From NCBI GenBank assembly GCA_040954595.2, contig CM082578.2, forward strand, positions 974,831-1,038,830: a stretch of DNA of 64,000 bases, read 5' to 3'. The number at the start of each line of letters is the position of its first letter. The stretch's first letter is position 1. This DNA is from Balanoglossus misakiensis (Eukaryota > Animalia > Hemichordata). Both the position numbers and the translations under genes were made by a program. The notes below the pieces were generated by a model. That model was not told the origin of the DNA and did no database searches. It worked only from the letters and a program-made list of their open reading frames with translations. Of this stretch, positions 10,131 to 20,089 are shown one piece after another.

Positions 10131-11765
10131 ATGATAAACATGGAATCAAAGTCTCCAAGTAACATGTCAACGGTCGAGAGATTTCTGGTTTCCATAAGCC
10201 CAACTCTTCTGAAGTATCGATCCGACTTTGAAGAGCAGGACTTCATTTCAACGACTTCGCTGAAGTTTTTCACGGAAGATGACTTTTCGAAGTTCAAGAA
10301 TCGGGTCAGCGAAACTCACAAACGGATGATTATGTACGGGATTGACAACCTGCCGACCCCACGGTTGAATGATCGCCGGGAACAGAAAGGGAGCCCTGAC
10401 AGTGCAGGACCAAGTCGTGGAAGAATTCCTAAAAGACTTTTCCGATCTCCACGGGATCGGGAAAGGCGGCCAAGTAGACATCGTGAATCATCGGCCCGGG
10501 GGCGTAAAGAGAGTATGCCCACTGCCCAATATGCAACGGTGGAATCGGAAACTGCCGCTCCTGCCGCGGTTGATGACAATGGTGCCGGTGGTGATGATGA
10601 TGAATGGGGAAACTATACTTGGCAATCCCCGAGCGAGCTCATGATGGAAGCGTTAGAAAGTGAAATTTCAGAAATAGAAATGGAACTTGATGAGGCTTCC
10701 AAGAAATACAACGATCTCAACAATCGCTACCGACAAACGGAGCAACTCCGAGAAGCGGGCCAAAAGAAATGCACAAACTGTCACGTCTATGGCTCACATG
10801 ACAAGCGAAAGTGTCCGTTTCCAACTTGTGTTACCGTTGAACAGTGCGGTTCATTGCCTGACCATCCCGTAGAAAGAAAAGAACTTACATCAGCAAATGA
10901 GGTTGTCTCTAAGCTGAAAAGTGACTTAAGGAAAAAGAAATCAACGCTTGAGTTAAAGAAAGCAGTTCACGAGGCTACCTCAACAACGTTTTACTCGCGC
11001 GTGTACAGTACCTTACTTAATTCTAACAAGCGGAAATATTTGATTCGAACAGCGTCTGGAGTCGTGCCACGTACCGCTATCATCAAAGGAGACTGTGCCA
11101 TTCTTGAGAAACACTACAAGGGCAAAATTCCGCAAAACATTGAACGCGCGGGAAAAACATTTCAAACTATTATCGACAATTTCAATAGTAAACACAACCG
11201 TGCCGATAAATATCGCCCTGGTTCTCGACTGCCAGACCCCATTCAAGAGGTGTTAAAGCGACGAAAGATGCAAATGTCGCCTAGGCGAGCTCCCGAGCTG
11301 AATGAGGCACCGACAAACCCTGAACTTCGCGCAGAAACTCCGTCCCAAAGTCAAGGAAATCGCGGCCGTACCTGTTCGCCTCCCAAAGAAGGCCCTAGCA
11401 ACGCTCAAGCGGCTGGCTTACATGAACTGTCAACAAATTGTTCACCGTGTGTGTCAAATTCAGGCCCAGTTGTAATTCCGACTACGTCTCATTCGTACAG
11501 TCCGTATGTGCCGTATACGTATGGTTACCCCTATCAGTTTTATCCTTGGAATTGGGGCGCTGACACACCGCCGACTTCACATTTCAGTCTGATGTTTACA
11601 CCATTCGGCTACGGCCCTCATGCATACGAAGGGAATATAGCAACTACAACCTATCCAACATCGACCATTGATATTGCTGCAGTGCAACCAGCATTTCCAA
11701 TCGAGCCACGCGTTGATAACCCCCCCCCCAGCCTTCTGAAGCAGATGAGTAACTTTGAACACTAA
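10131..11765 (+). CDS. Accessory ORF2 of the DD37E element, 544 aa, unknown function (SAM-like N-terminus, coiled coils, CCHC knuckle)
   Basis: Long intronless ORF between the TIRs. TVERFLVSISPTLLKYRSDFEEQDF..HKRMIMYGIDNL follows a SAM pattern. CTNCHVYGSHDKRKC followed by C..C..H sits between two heptad-rich segments. Pro/Tyr-rich tail. Confidence 0.85.
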   Translation: MINMESKSPSNMSTVERFLVSISPTLLKYRSDFEEQDFISTTSLKFFTEDDFSKFKNRVSETHKRMIMYGIDNLPTPRLNDRREQKGSPDSAGPSRGRIPKRLFRSPRDRERRPSRHRESSARGRKESMPTAQYATVESETAAPAAVDDNGAGGDDDEWGNYTWQSPSELMMEALESEISEIEMELDEASKKYNDLNNRYRQTEQLREAGQKKCTNCHVYGSHDKRKCPFPTCVTVEQCGSLPDHPVERKELTSANEVVSKLKSDLRKKKSTLELKKAVHEATSTTFYSRVYSTLLNSNKRKYLIRTASGVVPRTAIIKGDCAILEKHYKGKIPQNIERAGKTFQTIIDNFNSKHNRADKYRPGSRLPDPIQEVLKRRKMQMSPRRAPELNEAPTNPELRAETPSQSQGNRGRTCSPPKEGPSNAQAAGLHELSTNCSPCVSNSGPVVIPTTSHSYSPYVPYTYGYPYQFYPWNWGADTPPTSHFSLMFTPFGYGPHAYEGNIATTTYPTSTIDIAAVQPAFPIEPRVDNPPPSLLKQMSNFEH

Positions 11766-12012
11766 ACGTCATATAAACTTTGTGCAGTGAAAAAACTGTT
11801 GAACTTTCTCCTTGAAATTGTTTCATTAAGACTTCGTTGCCTGGTTCTTATTTTAATAGAAGTAGACTGTTGTTTTGATCATTGCCCCCCTGTTAAGGAC
11901 GCAATATACATGTAAATTTATATTACATGCAAGTGTTATGATGAAAAAAAACGAGGTCAAGTTGAATACGGAAACATTTTGAACTGTCTGACAGACCTCT
12001 AGTCGTGTCCTT

Positions 12013-12366
12013 TGTATTTTATCTTTCGATCGCTTGGTGTGTTTCAGTGGAATAAATGTTTCCTAGTGAATCATGCATGATGAATATCTGTCTTTCATTT
12101 AAAATAATGGGGGGGGGGGGGAAAAACACGCACAACTTTTACCGTGTTCTTTATTCATTACAAAGTTTGAACTTTTGATTTCATCAAGTGTCTCGGTCGT
12201 ATATTCACTCTGTAATGTAATCCGAGACTCCGCGTCTGCTTCAACACAACAATGTTGCAAATTCTGTTACAAGCCCATTCAGTCAGCCTGATAACAGTCG
12301 GGTGCGTCGATAAATAAAATCAACGGCTCAGTCAATGGGTCGTTGCAGGTGCGACGATTTTCAGTG
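12013..12366 (-). repeat. Right TIR of DD37E element
   Basis: Ends ..gcgacgattttcagtg followed by TA. Confidence 0.95.
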
Positions 12367-13460
12367 TAATTCCAGGCTAACCAATAGGGCTATAAGTTTG
12401 GTGTTTGATGTATGTGGATTTGTATGTGATCAAAAAATTTTGCTACTTTTCATGACCTCTGCTGACCTCATTAAATATGCACATATCTAATTACAGATGA
12501 ACCAATAGACCTAGAGGTTTTGTTTTTGTTATACATGGACCAGTATGGGGACAAAATATTTTGCCCAAATGTTGGGTGACCTCGGGTGACCTTTGACCTA
12601 CTTTTGCATATCTCGACATCCACAGCAGATACAGCCTTGGCGTTTGGAGGTACATGTATGGGGCCATACGGAAAAGACAAAGTTTTGAGTGACCTGTGAC
12701 ACCTGCTTGACTCATTATTTATGTGCATACCTAATTCTGGGCTAACCAAAAGGGCTAGAGGTTTTGTTTTTGTTATACATGGACCAGTATGGGGTCAAAA
12801 TATTTTGCCCAAATGTTGGGTGACCTCGGGTGACCTTTGACCTACTTTTGCATAACTTGACATCCACCGCAGATACAGCCTTGGCGTTTGGAGGTATGGG
12901 GCCATAATGAAAAGCCAAAGTTTTGGCTCACCTGTGACACCTGCTTAACTCATTATTTATGTGCATACCTAATTCTGGGCTAACCAAAAGGGCTGGAGGT
13001 CTGGTTTTTGTTGGACATGGACCACTATGGGTCAACATTTTCTGCCCAAATTTTGGGTGACCTCAGATGACCTTTGACCTATTTTTGCATATCTCGACAT
13101 CCACAGCAGATACAGCCTTGGCGTTTGGAGGTATGGGGCCATAATGAAAAGCCAAAGTTTTGGGTCACCTATGACACCTGCTTAACTCATTATTTATGTG
13201 CATACCTAATTCCGGGCTAACCAAAAGGGCTAGAGGTCTGGTTTTTGTTGGACATGCACCACTATGGGTCAAAATTTTCTGCCCAAAATTTGGGTGACCT
13301 CAGATGACCTTTGACCTACTTAACACAATATCAGCACCAAACATAGATATAACCTTGATATGTCATGGGATAAAACACAGCATTATGTTTCTACTCATTA
13401 ATTATGTGCAGATCAGATAATAGAGCTTGGGCCCGGACAATGCTGCTTGCAGCTTTAATT

Positions 13461-14651
13461 CTTCTTCTTCGTCTTCTTCTTCTTCTTCCGAGAAAATCGG
13501 CCAGGTAGATCTGGAAAACCGCTGCACCTAGGGGGCTAAACTTGGTAGGGTGATAGGGGCCAATGAGTAGACGTGCAGTGGCTCGTGAATATTTATTTAG
13601 TCACGTGACCTGGCGGCCATATTGCATTTCCTTAAAATCGTTAAACGAGTCCTTCTCAAATTTGGTGTGCAGGTAGCCTACCTTCTGTCCATCATTTTAC
13701 CCCATTGAAATCATGACGTCACACAAAGTTTTTTTGCTACAATTGTTTTTCTGAAAAACTACTTAAAACTTTAAAAATCTTCTTCTCCAGAACCAGCGAT
13801 TGCCGAGTCACGGGATTCGGGGTATGTGGTCACCTAACCTATGTTTATCAAGTTTGCGAAGCGCACTGTGATTGGTCGATCATTATGGCGGCCATGTTGG
13901 ATTTTCGGAAAACCATTGAAAAATGAAAATTCTGTTTTGTAGCCAAAATGTTGACAGCACGTAAATTCTTTTTTTGGATATGAGTCATCATATGACCGGA
14001 AGTTGTTACAATTTTTCGGGGCAATTTTGACATGACCTTTGACCCAGTTTTAAAACAACTAATTATATATGCATATTCCCCATACCTCCTCTTGTAAAAG
14101 CACCACAGTCATGAATTTTGTGGACATGGGTACCAATGCTGCCAGGACATGACACAACTATTTTGGTAATTTTGGCAATGACCCTTGACCTATTTCTGAA
14201 ACATCATTTTTCTGCATATCTAATTCCAGGCTAACCAATAGGGCTAGAGGTCTGGTTTTAGTTGGACATGGCCCACTCTGGGGTCAAAATTTTATGCCCA
14301 AATTTTGGGTGACCTTGGATGACCTTTGATCTAATTTCCCATATCTCAGCATCCACAGCAGTTAGAGTCCTGGCTTTTGGAGGGCCGATGGAGCAGATAT
14401 GGAGTCTTACACAAGACCTCATTAATTATGCGCATACCTAATTCTAGGCGAACCAATAGAGCTAGGTGTTTGGTTTTTGTTGGACCTAGACTAGTATGGG
14501 GTCCGATTTTTTTGCCCAAATTTGGGGTGACCTCAGGTGACCTTTGACCTACTTTCCAATATCTTGGTATCCACAGCAGATACAGCCTTGGCATTTGCTT
14601 GTTACCATGGGAACCGCTTGTGCCCCGCCAACGCTGCTTGCAGCTTTAATT
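13461..14651 (-). mobile_element. Non-autonomous Helentron (~1.2 kb), internal-deletion derivative of the autonomous element
   Basis: Read on minus, the first ~140 bp match 41052-41190 and the remainder matches ~57050-58085. Confidence 0.92.
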
Positions 14652-16112
14652 GTATTTTGCATTTTCTCACGGTGGCGACCATATTCCTTTGCGGCGAAGA
14701 TTTATTATTTGTCTGGTTTAAACATGCATATGCACTCATACTTAGGGTTCATAATACTTGTACATAGTTCAGTGCATACTTCTGTATGGGCTAAAGGTGG
14801 TGCAGTTTGAAAAAAGTGTGATAATTTCCCAAAAGTACCAGCTGATGCACCGATTTATGTCTAATCTCTGTTTTGAATTTCTTGGCAGCTTAACCCAAGT
14901 TGATAGTACCCTTCTTGTCCTGGACAGAAGTCTATCTGTCAGTACAAATGGTGTAACCGTATCAGTTGATGACAACTCGTGGCATAATGTTGTCATGGTA
15001 ATTGAAGAAGGCATTGTGGCAGTTTACTTGAATGGTGTTGCAGTAACATCACCCCTTCCATCCTGGACAGGTATCGCTGACTCAGAAAAGTAAGTTGCTA
15101 GTGGAACTCCGAACATTTTTAACTCCTACAAAGCCATAGAAAATTGTCATCATCTCATGTTAAAATTCTATATTTTCCTATACTGTCAAGTTTTCCCAAG
15201 CCTCAAGAGAAGTGAACCATTTATTTGTGAAGCAGTTATCTTGTTTGTAACTTATCTGCTAGGTAGCTTGTCTTACTCCTACATGACAATACAATATCAT
15301 CATAACATGTTGCGACTTACAACAAAACTGGCCAAAAAAATCAAGGGAGCAAACTATGGACATCAGCAAAGCTATCTTCGTGGCACTTTCAAATTCAAAC
15401 TTATGCGGAACGATACTGATTTTCACAGTTTATTTTTGACAACTTCTTACCAGCACTTTTAATGAATTCATTATTCTCTTGTTTTTCAACAGCTGTATGG
15501 TAATTCTTGGTCAAAGCTATGACGAAAATGGACTCCTTGACAACTATTTTAGCTTCCATGGTGATGTTACACAGATGAATGTATACGATTATGTATTGAC
15601 TCATGTTGAAATCCAGAGTCTGGCTTTGAACTGTTCACAAAGTCCACTTGGCAATCATGTCATGTGGGTTGAAATGGATCAAGAGTTATTGGGTAGTGTG
15701 GTCAAAATCCAGCCATCAGCTTGTGGAAGTACCAGGTGCCCAATTGGTTACTCTGGTTCACCATGCACACCTGTTGGTAAATAGCCTTATTCATTACTAT
15801 CAAACAATTTTATGCATAATCTGACGAGGAGAAATTGGGTCACAGAGTTGATTAATCCTAAATCCTTACTTTAACACAGCTCTCCTTGTAATGTTGTGTC
15901 TGTCCAGGAAAAACTGTGTGAAATTTTGAGTAGTTTTTCCTGTGTACATTCACCAGCCCCTAGCTGATGTGTGTTGTACTCCAATAAAACAGCATGCAAT
16001 CTCCCTACTTTAGGAAGTATAGGGAATCATCATCTGCCCATGCCTGTATCGCTCACTCTTTTTGTTTCTACCGTACATGTATTTAACACTGAATGTAATG
16101 ATACTATTCACA

Positions 16113-16206
16113 ACCACCATCATCATCATCATAATCATCATCACCACCACCACCACCATCACCATCATCATCATCATCGTCATCATCATCACCATCATCA
16201 TCATCA
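16113..16206. repeat. (CAT/CAC)n microsatellite, intronic
   Basis: Direct inspection. Mirror at ~26549-26642. Confidence 0.95.
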
Positions 16207-17543
16207 GTTTCTGCTGTTCCAAGAACTAGGCTTATCATGAGTGTAATTGATCATATCAGTTATTATGCCTATGGATACCATCTCATGACTCCTGTCCTAT
16301 CTTGTAGTGTTTCTTGACAGTGATCTAGTCTATTCACATGTATCAGAAAACAAGCACTTAACAATATCTGGATTTCTCATGAATATGTGACAGATATTAA
16401 CATCTAGTAGTGCATTTACCTAAATGTACCAGTGTATACATAGGGGGTGTGGACCAGTTGTTTAATTTACAAACATTTGTTATTCTTTCACTTTTTTTTC
16501 TTCAGATAAACACGCTCCTGAAGTCATTTACTGTCCCAATACGACCCGTATAATTAGTCCTAATAGCTTGACAACAGGAGTATGGCAGGAGCCTATATTT
16601 ACAGATGATGTCGCCATTGCCAATGTGACACAAACCTACACAATGGGTAAGTTTCCTATAAAATATCATTTCTGATTATAGATAATATATAACATTCACA
16701 CTAACTAAGTTTTTTTTATCGGGGTGGGGTGGGGAGTTGATCTAAACAGAAACCAACAAGCTGAGACAACTTTCCTAAGATTATGGTCAGTATGAAGCAT
16801 ACTGGTACAGTGTATTCTTGTGGCCGTTACTCATATATGGCTAGCACATCCTATGTGCGACAGATGATCTTGCTTCCAAGTATTAAAGCCTCAATTGCTG
16901 ATACTATTACCATATGTTTATAGGCCCTTTCCTCGATCCCAGGGCAGTACACTGAAGTTAAAACTCGAAAGCATTTGTGTTTGCACGTAATTGTGTATTG
17001 GAAACAAAAGATTTGACCAACTGTTGAGCAAGGCCTTTAATCAGTAAAGTACTTAATATTCTCCACTACTACTGGGGATACCCATACCACAAATGTTGTG
17101 TTCTCTTACAATGGGCAGTTGAATAAACGTGTGCGGCACCATATCTGTTTAGTATACATATCTTGTTCATGTTTATATGTACAGTCACAATCAGGAGTTG
17201 ATAATATGCCTGTGTATACCCACCAGATAGCTCACTTAAATGGACCATTCTAAGTTTGAAAAGAAAATCATGAAAAACATTCAAGAAACGGAAGCTATTT
17301 TGGCTTTAGCACCCATGCCTGTAATGATGTGCGTAATTTTGTTCTTACAGGTGACACCTTTTCCTGGGGAACCTACCAGATCAGCTATGTTGCTTCAGAT
17401 ACAGCTGGCAACAATGCACAGTGCAACTTTTTACTCTATGTACTGCGTGAGTGAATTTTTTTATCATTCATACATAAACTTTAAAAATTAATTAATATCT
17501 TGACAAATTGTCATCTCTACCCCTTGTTATGTCTTGTCACATA

Positions 17544-17733
17544 CTGTAAAACGGGACATTTTCGTGACAGAAAATATTTTGCAATATATCAAAAGAGGCA
17601 ACTGTGACACGAGAATTAAATTTCCGCATTCTAGTATTTTACTAACTACTCTGTTATCTCTGAAAAACATTTTATGCGACTTTATTTTCTTCTTCTTTTT
17701 TGCCGAAGTTTGGGAAAATTTGCCGTTTTACAG
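17544..17733. mobile_element. Small Tc1/mariner-type MITE
   Basis: TA-CTGTAAAACGG...CCGTTTTACAG-TA. Mirror at 25022-25211; related partial copies near 19345-19432 and 43162-43240. Confidence 0.7.
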
Positions 17734-19464
17734 TAATATGATTGCATCATTATCACTTTTGTCCCTATGTAACTATCAAAAATTATAACAACATCATTCA
17801 AAACATACAAGGACACTCAAACCCGTCTAAAACAAACCCTGTCTAATCGGGAAACCTCTCTTCAACCAACAGCTTTTCCTAGTCCCTTTTACATAGAAAC
17901 ATGTTAATGCGTTGGTGTTCTGTTTAAAAGATTTGACTGTGTAATAAATATGGGTGTCACACATACACCATTAAGACAGTTCTGAAGCATCTCAGAATTG
18001 ATACTGTCTTAAAAAAACATGTGTGGACGGTGTAAGTGGTCCTGAAACGTCTCAGATTTGAGACGGCTCTGCCAGCCAGACCTGAGCCGGTGTAAGGATT
18101 AACACCTCTCCGCAACCCATTGTCTATGGGGCCGAGCCTCAGCGCCCATACATAAACTTTGTGTGTGTGGACACAACATGACTCAAAGGATTAATGCTCT
18201 GTGGTTAGCACTGGCAAATAGTGTCTCAAATTTTACCCTGTGTGAACCTGGTAAAAGAGGCATTGTGCCCTAGTGGCTAGGGTTGTGGGTTCGTTACCTA
18301 GACCAGGACATTTGGGTAGTATTTGCCTGTTGGATGATATATGAGACACAGACATTTGGGTAGCATTTGCCTGTTGGATGATAGATGAAATAAAATTAAA
18401 AATATATATATAGACAAATAAACTGTGTTCTCCTTTCTTTTACAGCATTTGATTGTGAAAAGCCAGCACCACCAGTTAAAGGTATTTCCATCTGTAATGA
18501 GTTTGAGTCGGGTGTGTTCTGTCAGGTGGATTGTTTACCAGGATACAAGTTTGCAAGCCTGCCAGCACCTTACTATCTCTGCCATAGTGAAGGATCTTTT
18601 AATCCTGAGAATCCAGACGAGGAATTCACCTTCTCTGGATGTTCAGGTGAGAAAAAAATGATTTGGTATCAGTAAAGAAATATAATCAGGTTGCACATGC
18701 ACATTCAGAAAATTCTCCAAAGAGAGAGAGTTGTGAGAGGGGGTATTCCAGCATTGAGACAATTTTCTTTTAGTTATAAATGAAAAGAGAAATATGAGTA
18801 ATGCAAATTCTTGCTTTACAGTATGTCAAGGTTGTGATTACAGGTAGATAATTTGTTAACATCATATCTGCTTACCCCAATATAAAGCTCCAGTACATTT
18901 GAGCTATTTTCTTAATATTTTGTTCTGGGTAAGCAGCTGTAACTTTCCTGATTGGCTAAGCGGTTTCGCAGTCTAAGTCAATACATCGTTCGCTAGATTG
19001 AAAATTGCATCTTTAACAAAATTTGTTTGTTTGTATTGTTCTACTGCAGCTCCTGGGAAGACTCAACGTGGAGTGAATTGTGGCGTATCATACAATTCAC
19101 AGGCTGGTACATGTAACAATGGTGTCATCCAGCAATTGAGGATCAGTTTTATGAACACTATCAACTATCTGAATGATTTGTTTGGTATTTGTGGCGGTGA
19201 ATGCAACTTTGATGACCTTGAAATAACCTGCGGCGCCTCAAACCGAAGAAAGAGACAGGCTGATACTCAGCTTGTGGTTCAGTTCAGTTTCACAACCAAT
19301 GCGTGAGTAGTAATTGTTATTTTTCGAGTATTTTATTCCCCTTCTGTTCTATTGAAATTCGTCCTCACGTAACAGTCGCCTCTTTTAATATCGCAAAAAT
19401 TTCCTGTCGTGAAAACAACCCAGTTTACAGTACACACTTCTGGTTGGTATTGTAATGTGGCATA

Positions 19465-20089
19465 CCGTAGTTTGCCGGGTAAGAACCCCTGCTCGGACAA
19501 ACGCCCCCCCCCCCCTGGTTTTAGGGCCCATTTGTAGATCGAGGCCATATCCGGTCTAAAGCCCCCCCCCCCCCCCCCCCGGCCGAATATCCATTAAATT
19601 CTTGGAAATTTAATAAAGTGCAATGCAAAAAAGGCGGATTTTCATCCCCAAAGTCACTAAAAGTGAAAAAAAAAATGTATGATGATTTACTTTCGCGCTG
19701 ATTATCGTACCCACCGCGGCCGACTGGCCACGCTGAGTTATATATAGCCGCTCTAGAAAACATGACCTCAGACAGGTCCCTCGGGACCGTGCCTCGAATT
19801 CAACGATCACGTAGATGGACGCGCTGCCGCGTGTGAGGTCACCGGTACCGGGGAGCTTTCCAAAGCGGCCGCGTGGAGCTGCTTCAGTCCGTCCTCGACG
19901 CGAAACACCCAACATTGGAAGATCCCGACTTGGACTCGGAGAATGAACCACTCAAAAATTTGCATAAAAGTCGAGGTGGCCATCCCTCATTTGCATAAAT
20001 CTCGAGGCCATATCCGGGCTAAAGCCCCCCCCTGTTTTTTCGCTAATCTGTTGGCCCAGCACCCGGGGCTCTTACCCGGCAAACTACGG
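19465..20089. mobile_element. 625-bp non-autonomous Tc1/mariner-superfamily (pogo/Tc2-like) MITE
   Basis: TIR CCGTAGTTTGCCGGGTAAGA(a/g)CCCC with TA duplication. Empty site tggcaTAtgtaag in the other arm at ~23292; arm offset changes by 627. Confidence 0.95.

Larger units (their letters stand above)
8327..12366. mobile_element. IS630/Tc1/mariner DD37E (L31-like) DNA transposon with ~350-bp TIRs and two divergent ORFs
   Basis: TIRs 8327-8673 and 12013-12366 begin CACTGAAAATCGTCGCACC. Flanks are TG and TA. The empty site tatcTAattcc is in the other arm at ~30088, and the arm offset changes by 4042 = 4040+2. Confidence 0.96.
6664..13460 (-). mobile_element. Non-autonomous Helentron (HINE), GGGCCCAAGC subfamily, interrupted by the DD37E transposon
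   Basis: One terminus is gcttgggccc-ggacaat-gctgcttgcagc-tttaatt (subterminal repeat plus small stem-loop); the other is the hairpin array. Internal ~154-bp and ~240-bp tandem repeats. Strand is given relative to RepHel sense. Confidence 0.85.

Noticed and set aside
15971-16240. Poly-histidine protein (and poly-Met/Val on the other strand)
   Set aside because: Intronic CAT/CAC microsatellite. The left copy has a stop where the mirror has Cys, and it does not fit the exon chain.
18307-18385. Short direct duplication (gacatttgggtag..tgttggatgata, twice)
   Set aside because: Ordinary local intronic duplication with no further structure.
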